Assembly (NCBI GenBank): GCA_963768425.1
Contig: CAVYHV010000022.1
Location: forward strand, 40,326 to 104,325
Direction of reading: 5' to 3'
Source of the DNA: Candidatus Bathyarchaeota archaeon
Lineage (GTDB): Archaea > Thermoproteota > Bathyarchaeia > Bathyarchaeales > Bathycorpusculaceae
Length of the DNA: 64,000 bases
Shown here in pieces: positions 30,587 to 40,532 of the stretch. The translations under genes were made by a program, and so were the position numbers. Each line of letters begins with the position of its first letter. The stretch's first letter is position 1. The notes under the pieces were generated by a model that worked only from the letters and a program-made list of their open reading frames with translations, searched no databases and had not been told where the DNA came from.

Positions 30587-31123
30587 ATGAAAACTGCACT
30601 AATAGTCTATTGGTCTAAAACTGGTAATACAGAGAAAGTCGCCAACGCTATCAAACAAGGGTTAGAAGAAGCTGACGTCAAGGTGACTATTAAGAAGCCT
30701 GAGGAAGCAGAAGCTCTGGATTATTTTGACTATGATTTAGTTTGCGTAGGTTGTCCATCGTACTCTTGGCATCCTCCTGAACCGATGACAAATTTTCTAA
30801 AGAAAAAATTCGCTGAAGATCGCCAGAAAGGTAATATTAAGCCTTCAGCTCCAAAAGTCTCTGGCAAAAACGCATTAGTCTTTGTAACTTACTCAGGACC
30901 ACATACAGGAATTGACGAGGCAACCCCAGTCGGCAAGGATATACGACAATGCTTTGAGCATATAGGCTTTAATGTTATCGATGAATGGTACGTTCTAAGC
31001 GAATTTCACGGCTCACTAAAGTACAGCACAATAGGCAGATTGGGTGATATTAGGGGAAAACCTACTTCTGATCAACTGCAAGTCATTAAAGATGATTCAA
31101 GGCGCTTAGGCAGGCTGCTCTAA
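30587..31123 (+). CDS. flavodoxin-family protein
   Basis: YWSKTGNTEKVA and VGCPSY motifs. Confidence 0.88.
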   Translation: MKTALIVYWSKTGNTEKVANAIKQGLEEADVKVTIKKPEEAEALDYFDYDLVCVGCPSYSWHPPEPMTNFLKKKFAEDRQKGNIKPSAPKVSGKNALVFVTYSGPHTGIDEATPVGKDIRQCFEHIGFNVIDEWYVLSEFHGSLKYSTIGRLGDIRGKPTSDQLQVIKDDSRRLGRLL

Positions 31124-31131
31124 CTCCGTTC

Positions 31132-31488
31132 GTGGTCATTTTGGTTAACGCTCATAATAGTTGCAGTCCAGAAGTGGCTCAGAAAATTCTGATGACAGTT
31201 CCTTATGCTCAAGGATTCAACTTCTTTATGCCAGATGGTCATTACACCGGTGAGACAGCACTGTCCCTTCGCTCATTCTTAAGAGACATGGGAAGCGTTG
31301 ATGTTCAATCGATCAAATTCCACTTTGACCGCGGCGACTTTCAGAAGTGGCTAAGAACTACAATCGGCGATGAAGAACTTGCTCAAACAATTGACAAATT
31401 AGACAAGAAAACCCCAGAAGAAAGCCTCCTGGAAAAGTTGACGGATATCGTTCAAAAAAGAATTTCAGAATTGCAGTTAACCTATTAA
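31132..31488 (+). CDS. DUF5752-like protein
   Basis: GFNFF...YTGETALSL...SIKFHFDRGDFQKWLRTTIGDEELA. Confidence 0.7.
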   Translation: MVILVNAHNSCSPEVAQKILMTVPYAQGFNFFMPDGHYTGETALSLRSFLRDMGSVDVQSIKFHFDRGDFQKWLRTTIGDEELAQTIDKLDKKTPEESLLEKLTDIVQKRISELQLTY

Positions 31489-31544
31489 ATCATCTTGGTT
31501 GCACGGCGTGGGTAATATGGTAATTTTTTTAAAGGTTGAATATT

Positions 31545-31934
31545 TCAAACACTTTTTGTTTCCCATTTTGTAAAGTATGTTTTGCCGTTTTCTCTAAAGG
31601 CACGGAGTAGTTCGCAATGCCTGAAGAAAGCAAACTCTTGTTCTAACTGCTCTGGCTTCAAATTTAGAATTTTGGCCAGATCTTCCTTGGTTATTTTATC
31701 ATGTTTCTCAACTGTATCATAGATTCTTTGTTGGAGCTCGTTTAAACCTGAATTCCCAGTTTGGCCTAATTGTTTTCGAACGGATAAAGCTGAGGCTACA
31801 GCCATGGGGTCGCAAGCCTTCGGTGGATTGGTTTCATACATATAACAGTCCTCGCATAGGACTTTCCCGTGCAGGTCATAGGCTTCCTCGTCTCGTAAGG
31901 GTGCTTTGCATCTTTCACAATCCATTTTCATCAA
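31545..31934 (-). CDS. zinc-finger + winged-helix hypothetical protein
   Basis: CERC...LCEDC...ACDPMAV followed by an HTH-like C terminus. Confidence 0.75.
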   Translation of the reverse strand: MMKMDCERCKAPLRDEEAYDLHGKVLCEDCYMYETNPPKACDPMAVASALSVRKQLGQTGNSGLNELQQRIYDTVEKHDKITKEDLAKILNLKPEQLEQEFAFFRHCELLRAFRENGKTYFTKWETKSV

Positions 31935-32314
31935 CCTTGATTCATATGGTTTTGAAAGTCTGATTCAAACCTATTAATCAGTTTGTTAAGGCTCACAGTA
32001 ATCTCTCTCACTTTTTCTTTGGCATGCCCTTTAATTATAGCAGGGTTTTGAATGGAATAAACATGGTAATATCCCCCGCCCTTTAGAGTCATTGTTTGCT
32101 TATTCACAAGATTTAGGCTCACTAGTTTTGCGAGACAGCGATGCACAGAGCTGCGATCCTTTTGCAGCAATTTTGCGATCTGGTCGAGGGAGCTACCTTC
32201 ATTTCTTGCAACAGCCTGAAACGCTTGGAGGTCTGCTGGTTTTAGGTTGTATAGGCAAGTTAGTAAATCGGTGCAAGAGGCTCCTTTCTTTGTGAGCTGA
32301 TTTATGCTTTCCAT
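31931..32314 (-). CDS. TrmB-like HTH transcriptional regulator
   Basis: CTDLLTCLYNL, SLDQIAKLLQKDRSSVHRCL and GGYYHVY. The stop overlaps the next start. Confidence 0.82.
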   Translation of the reverse strand: MESINQLTKKGASCTDLLTCLYNLKPADLQAFQAVARNEGSSLDQIAKLLQKDRSSVHRCLAKLVSLNLVNKQTMTLKGGGYYHVYSIQNPAIIKGHAKEKVREITVSLNKLINRFESDFQNHMNQG

Positions 32315-32425
32315 GAGAGAGTGATTGTAGTATCTTGAATATAAATAGTATTGTTTGGTGTTGTCAATACCGTAAGATATATTTGGCTGGGCTTGTAATC
32401 CATTGACATATACGGAAGTGTAATT

Positions 32426-32533
32426 ATGGAGAAAAAATTTGAATGCCCAAGAGGCATACCAGAAGAAATGTGCGACCATGCCCCACACTGTAACGTTTGG
32501 AAACTAAGAGAGACTGCAAAGAAACAAGCATAA
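32426..32533 (+). CDS. 35-aa Cys/His microprotein (below the ORF-track cutoff)
   Basis: MEKKFECPRGIPEEMCDHAPHCNVWKLRETAKKQA*; ends 26 nt before the thioredoxin gene. Confidence 0.5.
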   Translation: MEKKFECPRGIPEEMCDHAPHCNVWKLRETAKKQA

Positions 32534-32559
32534 GAGTCCATACACACTGGTGATAAATT

Positions 32560-32967
32560 ATGGCCGAAGAGAATGATTTAGATCAAATTCGATTAAGAAA
32601 GATTCAAGCTTTGCATGACCAAACCAAGAACCCAGAGCAGGCTAATAATCAACCCATGATAGTAACGGACAACACTTTTCATAAATCTGTTCAAACACAT
32701 GACCTTCTGGTTGTGGATTTTTGGGCTCCTTGGTGTGGCCCCTGCCGAATGGTAGGACCCATAATTGAGACATTATCAGCTGAATATGCCGGTAAAGTAG
32801 CGTTTGGAAAAATGAACGTTGACGAGAATCAAATGGTGCCAAGCAGCTTTGGAGTAATGAGCATTCCAACTATAATCATCTTTAGTCATGGCAAAGAAGT
32901 TGAGAGATTAGTTGGCGCTTACCCCAAAGCGCACATCGAATCAATGATTAAACGATATCTGGCATAG
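32560..32967 (+). CDS. trxA: thioredoxin
   Basis: VDFWAPWCGPC and SIPT motifs. Confidence 0.93.
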   Translation: MAEENDLDQIRLRKIQALHDQTKNPEQANNQPMIVTDNTFHKSVQTHDLLVVDFWAPWCGPCRMVGPIIETLSAEYAGKVAFGKMNVDENQMVPSSFGVMSIPTIIIFSHGKEVERLVGAYPKAHIESMIKRYLA

Positions 32968-33138
32968 CAGTCGCAGAGGATAGCACATGACAAATGTTGA
33001 AGAAAAAATAGACGCAGTAAAAACACGGTTTGCTGGCGGCAAAAATCTCCCAGCTATCCGCTGGAACAGCTTATTGCGCAGGCGCGAATTTGTTGTGCCA
33101 AAAAATCCTTATATGTCAATGGCTTGGAAGAGGCTGTC

Positions 33139-33618
33139 ATGACGGAACCAAAAAACGGTCGACCAATTTTCTTCCCAGAAAAACTGGTTCTCTTTGGTAA
33201 CCTAGCGCTTTTCCTATGGATTGTTCTTGATTCAGTGGCTTTCCTGCTATATGATTTCACAATCGGTATTGTGTTTTTTGTCCTAACTCTTATCTTGATT
33301 TATGGTGTACTGCATATTCTGGGTTGTCTACGTCCATGCTACAATTGCATAAAATGCACTCATGGCATGGGACGCTTGGCAGCCTTGTACTTTGGCAGAC
33401 GCATCTTTAAAGACTACAAATACAACTACAAACTGCCCACAGCAATATTTTTCACAATATACATCGGAGGGTTCCCCGCAGCCTTCGCACTTTACTCAGT
33501 CATCGTAGATTTCACGACCATCAAAGCAGCGGTGTTTGTGGCTCTTTTAGTGTTTACGATCTATAGTGCTTTAACATGGCGACCGAGAAAACCAAAAAAC
33601 ACAAAAGAGGTAGTATAG
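33139..33618 (+). CDS. hypothetical membrane protein (about 4 TM helices) with a Cys cluster
   Basis: Hydrophobic helices flank CLRPCYNCIKC. Confidence 0.7.
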   Translation: MTEPKNGRPIFFPEKLVLFGNLALFLWIVLDSVAFLLYDFTIGIVFFVLTLILIYGVLHILGCLRPCYNCIKCTHGMGRLAALYFGRRIFKDYKYNYKLPTAIFFTIYIGGFPAAFALYSVIVDFTTIKAAVFVALLVFTIYSALTWRPRKPKNTKEVV

Positions 33619-33745
33619 CCTCGGCGGAGTTTAACGTGATTAAACGTTTGTTGCTTGTTAGCTTACAAGGAATTTCGGCGCTTGCTTCAGTCAGTCGAAC
33701 CATAAATCGCAATAAAGCCTTTAGGAAACCTTCCAAGTGAGGGCT

Positions 33746-33940
33746 ATGCATAAGGCGTGTATTGATCCAGAAAGGTGCGGTCATTGTGTTGAATGTAAGG
33801 CTGCTAAGATATGCCCATACAAGGCGATTAACCGAATTGATAGCAATGAACCGAGCGTTGTTGACGCTACATATTGCAGAGGGTGTGGCGACTGCACAGC
33901 AAAATGTCCAGCTAAAGCTATAAAGTTAAAAAGTAATTGA
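33746..33940 (+). CDS. small 4Fe-4S ferredoxin
   Basis: CGHCVEC...CP and CRGCGDCTAKCP motifs. Confidence 0.85.
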   Translation: MHKACIDPERCGHCVECKAAKICPYKAINRIDSNEPSVVDATYCRGCGDCTAKCPAKAIKLKSN

Positions 33941-34045
33941 TTTTAGGGTACTTTTTCAAAGACCCAAGTCTTGTAAAAGTTTATTTCTGAGGGATATCAG
34001 AATAAACATGTCTGATTTTCTTTTCAGGAAAAGGGAGGTGATTGA

Positions 34046-34330
34046 ATGTTATTTGAGGCAACACATAAACACCAAGCTTCTCAGTGTCCTCTGCTGACAT
34101 CTGAAGGCAAAGGCATGCTCAAAAAACTGTTTTCCGACGAGAACGTCAAGAATGCTGGAGTCAAAATAGTCGCTGGCTACATGAGCTGCCCAGCCGACAC
34201 ATCAATAGATCACAAAGGTTTCTTCACGATAGAGGCGGATAGCCCGCTTGCAGTTTCAAAATTCTTCGGTCAGATGGCGGTTGAAGTGAGGCCAGTCCAA
34301 CCTTTAAGCGAAGTTGCAAAAAAGCTATAG
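34046..34330 (+). CDS. hypothetical protein (DUF3303-like)
   Basis: Strong GGAGGTGA RBS; HKHQASQCP and HKGFFTIEADS motifs. Confidence 0.65.
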   Translation: MLFEATHKHQASQCPLLTSEGKGMLKKLFSDENVKNAGVKIVAGYMSCPADTSIDHKGFFTIEADSPLAVSKFFGQMAVEVRPVQPLSEVAKKL

Positions 34331-34361
34331 CGAACGAAAACACAATTGACGCCTCTTCACC

Positions 34362-34544
34362 ACCCCGGCGATTCCCAACTGCCCCAGTTCGTTACGTATT
34401 GATTGTGGCGGAAGTCACCGCTAAAGGGTCGCATGCGTTAGGCATATTTGTTTCGTACATGGAGCAATCTTCATACAGAATTTTTCCATGGAGACTGTAA
34501 ACTTCCTCCTCTTCGAGAGTTAAACCCCAACGTTCACACTGCAT
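34362..34544 (-). pseudogene. decayed, truncated paralogue of the 31545..31934 gene
   Basis: MQCERWGLTLEEEEVYSLHGKILYEDCSMYETNMPNACDPLAVTSA/SIRNELGQLG aligns with MDCERCKAPLRDEEAYDLHGKVLCEDCYMYETNPPKACDPMAVASALSVRKQLGQTG. Confidence 0.85.
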
Positions 34545-34677
34545 TCTGAAAACCAAAATAATGCATCATCAGTCAACCCTTATTTTTCTTATAGTCGAAA
34601 ACCAATGAATCTTTAGGCATCCATGTTTTATATTTCGATATTGTTATAGGACATCCGAGTTCTAAAGGTCAAAAGAA

Positions 34678-37105
34678 TTGCCTAAAACACGTAGTGATCA
34701 AGATTCAAAAATTCAAGCGGAAGACACGTTCAACTTGAACTATGCGAATGGCTTGAATTCTTCGGAAGCCCAAGAAAAACAAAAGTTGTACTGGCCGCAA
34801 CGAGGTTGCGGAGAAACAAGCAAGTCCGATTGTGGCATTTGCAAAAAAGTTTTGGGGTTTAGCTGCTTGGATGCTTGAAGTGGCAATTGTACTCTCGGCT
34901 GTTTTAGGAAAATATTTAGACGTTTACATTATCGCGGCCCTGTTGCTTGTAAACGCCGTTTTAGGGTTTATTCAGGAACAGCAGGCAACCCGTGCGGTAA
35001 AGGCGCTTAAGCAGAAGCTCCAGTTGCAAGCAAGAGTTCTTCGGGATGGCGTCTGGCAAACTGTGAACGCCGCTGAAATTGTTCCCGGAGATGTTGTCAG
35101 GGTTAGGTCGGGCGATTTCGTACCCGCGGACTTCAAGATTCTTGATTCCGAAGTCACCGTGGACCAATCAGCCATTACGGGGGAGTCTCTTCCAGTCGAG
35201 AAAAATGCCGGCGACGTCGTCTACTCGGGATCGCTCGTTAAGAAGGGCGAGGTAACGGGGGTTATCACTGCGACCGGGGTGCAAACAATGTATGGGAAGA
35301 CAGCTCAGCTTGTGCAGTTTGCCAAACCGAAGCTGCATATGGAAGGAGTCATCTCAAATCTAATGAAGTGGCTTCTTGTCATGGTGGTTTCGCTCCTTCT
35401 TGTCGCCGCCGCAGTTTCCTGGGCGCGCGGGCTAAACCTCTTGGACTTGTTGTCTTTAGCGCTGGTTTTGCTTGTGGCTGCAATTCCTGTTGCGTTACCC
35501 ACGATGTTCACAATTACAATGGCACTTGGCTCCTACGAGCTAGCGGGAAAAGGTGTTTTGGTTACTAGACTTAGCGCCTCCGAAGACGCCGCCCTCATGG
35601 ACGTACTGTGTGTTGACAAAACCGGAACTATCACGGAAAACAAACTGACAGTAGCTGATACAGCTGAAATGGGCAACTACACGGAAGAGGACACGCTCAT
35701 CTTCGGCGAGTTAGCGTCTCAAAGGGCAAACCAGGACCCTATAGATTTAGCGTTCTTTGCCGCTGTCGATGACAAAAAAATAAGGCTCGATGAATTTAAA
35801 CAAACGAAGTTCACGCCTTTTGACCCCTCGACAAGAAGGACTGAGGCAATAGTTGAGAAGCAAGGCCAAACATTGCGGGTTACAAAAGGAGCGGTCTCGT
35901 CGATAACAGAAGTTTGCCAACCCACAAAAGAAGAACTTGCAGAAATTAATAGCAAAACGGATGCTTTCGCAGAGAAAGGCTACAGAGTTATCGCTGTTGC
36001 CGCTGGCAAAGAATCCGGCAGAATGGATGTGGTTGGGCTGGTAGCGCTTTATGACAAGCCGAGACCTGAATCAGCAAAACTGATAACGAAACTTCGATCT
36101 CTGGGAATAGCCGTGAAGATGTTGACAGGTGATTCGCAGCCGATTGCCACACAAATAGCCAAAGAAGTAGGTTTGGGAGAAAAAATAACTCGGATGGCTG
36201 ACGTTGAAAAAAACGTGGGTAACGCTGTGGTTGCCGCTGAAATCGTCGATGAAATGGACGGTTTTGCCGAAATTTACCCTGAAGGGAAGTACCGTATCGT
36301 TAAGGGTTTGCAGGTTGAAAACCACGTTGTCGGAATGACCGGCGACGGCATAAACGACGCGGCCGCGCTTAAGCAGGCCGAAGTTGGGATAGCGGTAAGC
36401 AACGCAACGGACGTGGCCAAAGGTTCAGCCAGCGTTGTCCTCACAGAAGAGGGCTTATCCAATGTTGTGGATTTGGTTATAACAGGCAGAATGATTTACC
36501 AGCGAATCTTAACATGGATATTTAACAAAATCGTCAAAACATTCCAAGTTATCTTGTTCGTCATCGTGGCTTTTCTGCTCACGGGTCTGTTTGTTGTCGG
36601 AGCTTTCCAAGTTGTTCTATTGCTCTTCCTAGTTGACTTCGTCACTATATCACTGTCCACAGACAACGTTACGCCCTCGGAGAAACCCGAAAGCTGGAAT
36701 ATCTCGCCGCTCGTTAAAGGAGCCACGCTTCTGGGCGTCGCAACCGTAATTGAATCATTGGGACTTCTGTATTTAGGTCTCAACTATCTAGGACTATCGA
36801 ATACAGGCATGTTGAATACATTCTCTTTTGACATGCTGCTATTCGGCGGATTATTCACCATTTTTGTTGTTCGCGAAAGAAGCAACTTTTGGAACTCAAA
36901 ACCAAGCCGACCCCTCCTAACCGCTGTAGCCGTAGACATAATAATTTCATCTTTAATCTCCATTATCGGAATTCCCGGGTTAACCCCTATACCCCCACTA
37001 TACGTGGCTATGGCTTTGGGATGGTTCTTCGTGTTCGCTTTGTTGTTGAATGATCAGCTGAAGACGCGTTTGTTACTGCATAATCCTTCAAAAACGAAAG
37101 GATAA
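34678..37105 (+). CDS. plasma-membrane proton-efflux P-type ATPase (type IIIA); apparent frameshift near 34790
   Basis: GLNSSEA, KFWG...WMLE, DQSAITGES, IPVALP, DKTGT, KGA, MLTGD and MTGDGINDA motifs. Confidence 0.9.
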
Positions 37106-37191
37106 GAAACAGCTTTGATAAATCTGCATTCGAACTTGAATCGGGTTTCTTGTCTAAAATTTAAATAGAATCAGTTTCATATGCTAGTTCC

Positions 37192-38250
37192 ATGAGCTCA
37201 AATAAGGTTGGTTTTGGAAACTCTCTTTTAACTGAAGTCGTTGAAACAGGAAAATGCGCAAGCTGCGGAACATGCGTTGTAACCTGCCCCTTCGGCAGCC
37301 TTGAACTTGTTAAGGGAAAGCCCAGTTTGATCAAAGAATGCAAGGTCTGCGGCATATGCGCCCAAGCCTGCCCGCGGTACAACTTGACAATGGCAAAAGC
37401 AGAAGAATTCACCTTCGGCAAAATCAGAAATCCGCAGGAAGAATTCGGAATTTACCGCCGAATAGCTGCAGCTCAAGCCAAAACAGGCGACATCCAGAAA
37501 GCACGTCAGGACGGAGGAGCCGCAACGGCGATGCTTGTTGCCGCCTTAAAGAACGGGTTAATTGATGGAGCAGTGGTCTCAGGAAAAAGTCAAGAAAAAC
37601 CTTTCCTTCCGATCCCTGTTCTCGCTACGACTCCTGAGGAAATCGTTGAGGCAGCAGGAACAAAGTACACGTGCTCGTCAGCACTTCTAGCCCTGCCAGA
37701 AGTCATAAAACAGAAGAAAACCAAGGTTGCCTTCGTAGGCACGCCCTGTCAGATTCAAGCTATCCGAAAAATGCAAATGAACAACGTGAAGAAGATGAGC
37801 GCTCCGATCAAGTATCTTGTAGGTCTTATGTGCTCTGAATGCTTTGACTACGAAGGGCTAATGGAAACCCATATCAAAGGCAAACTTGGCATCAACCTAA
37901 ATGACATAATAAAAATGAACATAAAAGGAAAAATGCTAGTCACCACGCCAACAGGGACCACCGCAATACCGCTAGCCGACATAAAGCCATACGTAAGAAT
38001 GAGTTGCAGCGTGTGCGAAGACTTCAGCTCTGAACTTGCAGACGTGTCTGTTGGAGGGTTGGGACTTGATGGCTGGACATTCACGATTATTCGAACTGAA
38101 AAAGGCGAAGAGCTCTTCACAAACGCTGAAAAAGCTGGAATGCTTGAGTCAAAACCTATAGAAGAAGGATCCTTCTCGAAAGGGCTGCTGCTTAAGTTGA
38201 CTAAGAAGAAAAAGGACTCGGCAGCAGCAAAAGCTCAGCCGAAACAGTAG
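37192..38250 (+). CDS. F420 hydrogenase/dehydrogenase beta-subunit family protein (FrhB/FpoF-like) with an N-terminal ferredoxin domain
   Basis: Two CxxCxxCxxxCP motifs, QDGGAAT, AGTKY, GTPCQI, GLMCSECF and CSVCEDF...ADVSVG. Confidence 0.9.
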   Translation: MSSNKVGFGNSLLTEVVETGKCASCGTCVVTCPFGSLELVKGKPSLIKECKVCGICAQACPRYNLTMAKAEEFTFGKIRNPQEEFGIYRRIAAAQAKTGDIQKARQDGGAATAMLVAALKNGLIDGAVVSGKSQEKPFLPIPVLATTPEEIVEAAGTKYTCSSALLALPEVIKQKKTKVAFVGTPCQIQAIRKMQMNNVKKMSAPIKYLVGLMCSECFDYEGLMETHIKGKLGINLNDIIKMNIKGKMLVTTPTGTTAIPLADIKPYVRMSCSVCEDFSSELADVSVGGLGLDGWTFTIIRTEKGEELFTNAEKAGMLESKPIEEGSFSKGLLLKLTKKKKDSAAAKAQPKQ

Positions 38251-38411
38251 CATCCAGGCGAATGCCCATAGTGGGCACAGGCGCGAGATTGTTTGGACTA
38301 TGTCGATCTAGCCAAGTGAAATGGTCGCTTCTTATTTAAACGCTAAGAGCATACTATGCAAAAGATTTTTTAATCTTAACCCATTTAGCCTTTAGCCGAG
38401 ATGAAATCTCC

Positions 38412-39137
38412 ATGAAAATACTAAACGAGTTTGTGCCAACACGTAAATTCTTAAAGCTTGCAGATGAACTCAAGGATCTAGTTGATGGATGGAACGTAAC
38501 TGACGGCGCGGCTGGTTATCCAGCTCCAAGCGGCGTAGTAGTAAGCTGCCTACTCAAATACAAGTACCCAGACAAATACGTCTGCCCAATCTTCATTCTA
38601 AAGTATAAAGGCCCAGTTGAAGTAGGAGGCCTAGCTTTAGCATCAGACGTCATCGGATTAGATGGTTTAGCAGTCACCATGGGAGACAACCCAAAGTTTG
38701 GTGAGCCTATAACGATGCTGCCATCGTCTGAAGCAGCCAGAGACTTCATTCGCACTCAAGTCAAAACTAAAAACCTAAAACTCGGTTGCTTGTTAACTGC
38801 AAGACGCTCCATAGAAGAAACTCTTCAAAGGGTGCGTGAGCCATGGGACTTCGTATATTTCATGAGGCTAACTGACGACTCATTCGAGGCACTCAAGGCG
38901 GTATCGGCCGAATGCAAAAAACTAAACAAGCCGCTCTTCGCATACTTCCTAGTCGGAACCGCTAAAAACGTCGAAACCGTAAAAATGATCGGCTGGCCAG
39001 TCGCAGCAACAATGGATACAGTTGAAGAAAAAGCTGCAAAACTAAACGGTTTGGTCGACGGCATTATCGCAACATGCGCCGGAGACGCCGAAGGCGACAA
39101 AGAAATGTTGCGAAAACTGCAGAAATTCAGAAGCTAA
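38412..39137 (+). CDS. divergent methylenetetrahydrofolate reductase (MetF)-like protein
   Basis: The order NEFVP, VDGWNVTDG, CPIF, GLDGLAVTMGDNP matches the N-terminal half of the MTHFR barrel. The C-terminal half is not recognisable. Confidence 0.55.
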   Translation: MKILNEFVPTRKFLKLADELKDLVDGWNVTDGAAGYPAPSGVVVSCLLKYKYPDKYVCPIFILKYKGPVEVGGLALASDVIGLDGLAVTMGDNPKFGEPITMLPSSEAARDFIRTQVKTKNLKLGCLLTARRSIEETLQRVREPWDFVYFMRLTDDSFEALKAVSAECKKLNKPLFAYFLVGTAKNVETVKMIGWPVAATMDTVEEKAAKLNGLVDGIIATCAGDAEGDKEMLRKLQKFRS

Positions 39138-39256
39138 ACCAAAGCTTCTATTTTCTATTTTATTATTTTTTTGATAATTTTGTTGTGAATTATTTTTTCA
39201 TGCCTGTGCAAGATAACCTTTTAAAGTGTTTGTTCTTGTAGTATTAGCCTTTAAAG

Positions 39257-40030
39257 ATGAGTGAAAACTGCATGGAACCAGTGAAAGTGATAGCTGTTGA
39301 GAATCTTCCGCTGATAAAAAAGGGAGACAACCTTGGGCAACTGATTGTTCAAGCAGCAGAAAAGCAGAAAACGCCCATCCAAGAAAAAGATGTCATTGTT
39401 GTGACCCATGTGGTCGTTTCTAAAGCTGAAGGTAATATCATTAACCTTGACGACGTAGTTCCCTCACAGCAAGCTAAAGAAATGGCGTTGAAGACAAATA
39501 AAGATCCAGCCTTGGTTGAGGTTGTCCTTCAAGAAACGAAAGAAGTCGTCAGATGCAGCAGGAACAGCATAATCGTAGAAACGAAAAACGGCATTATCTG
39601 CGCTAACGCTGGAGTCGACAGATCAAACGTTTCAGGTGACAGAAATGTTGTGCCTCTGCCAAAAGAACCGAATGTTTCAGCCCAGAACATTAGGAAAGAA
39701 ATAAGACGGCTGACTGGCGCCGACGTAGCGGTAATCGTCTCCGACACGCATGGAAGACCTTTCCGCATTGGTGAAATAAACGTGGCAGTCGGTGTAGCAG
39801 GAATCATGCCGATCAGAGATAGACGTGGCGAAAAAGACCTGTTCGGGTACGTCCTTAGAGTAAAACAAACAGCTGTAGCTGACGAGTTGTCCTCGGCAGC
39901 GGAACTGGTGATTGGCCAAGCGAATGAGGGTGTCCCCGCAGCAATCATCCGCGGCTACAATTACCAAAGTACAGACAACGCCTCGACCATAGATCTTACG
40001 CGATCCAAAGAAAAAGACCTATTCAGATAA
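39257..40030 (+). CDS. cofE: coenzyme F420-0:L-glutamate ligase
   Basis: VSKAEG, CANAGVDRSN, DTHGRPFR, DLFGYVL and ADELSSAA motifs. Confidence 0.95.
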   Translation: MSENCMEPVKVIAVENLPLIKKGDNLGQLIVQAAEKQKTPIQEKDVIVVTHVVVSKAEGNIINLDDVVPSQQAKEMALKTNKDPALVEVVLQETKEVVRCSRNSIIVETKNGIICANAGVDRSNVSGDRNVVPLPKEPNVSAQNIRKEIRRLTGADVAVIVSDTHGRPFRIGEINVAVGVAGIMPIRDRRGEKDLFGYVLRVKQTAVADELSSAAELVIGQANEGVPAAIIRGYNYQSTDNASTIDLTRSKEKDLFR

Positions 40031-40052
40031 ACAAAAAATATTGAGTTTGAAC

Positions 40053-40397
40053 ATGATGGAAGCTAAAATACCCAAGCAATACCTGGAGGAAGTACTTCCC
40101 TGTAAATTCAAGCCCGAAAAGGCGGGGGACTTCGATGTTATTACTCAACTGAACCTAACGGGACCAAACGGCGGTTGCTGGGTGCTTACACTGAAAAACC
40201 AAACATTAAAAGTCACAGAAGGAGCCCACCCGTCGCCTAACTTGACACTGACGGTCGCCGACGCAGATTTCATGGATCTTGTAAACGGAAAACTGAAAAC
40301 AACACAGGCTTTTTTCAACGGGAAAATCCATCTTAGCGGCAACCTTGTTTTAGCCTTAAAGCTAAAGGATGCGGGGTTGTTGGATTTTGAAGCATAG
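40053..40397 (+). CDS. SCP2 sterol-binding domain protein
   Basis: FKPEKA, LTGPNGGCW and AFFNGKIHLSGNL motifs. Confidence 0.85.
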   Translation: MMEAKIPKQYLEEVLPCKFKPEKAGDFDVITQLNLTGPNGGCWVLTLKNQTLKVTEGAHPSPNLTLTVADADFMDLVNGKLKTTQAFFNGKIHLSGNLVLALKLKDAGLLDFEA

Positions 40398-40532
40398 ACG
40401 AATTTTCGCCCTTTAACAAAACCGCACTTCCAATCAAACATAGCGGAGACAGAAAGCATAATTTTAAAACTGTTCATCGCCAAATAGATGAGATTAATTT
40501 AACTCTGGTTAATCTTTCAAAGCTGGTTGGAC

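Noticed and set aside
38263-38277. Perfect palindrome TGCCCA-TAG-TGGGCA after the frhB-like stop
   Set aside because: It is a single 6-bp stem with no second copy noticed, which is insufficient for a call.
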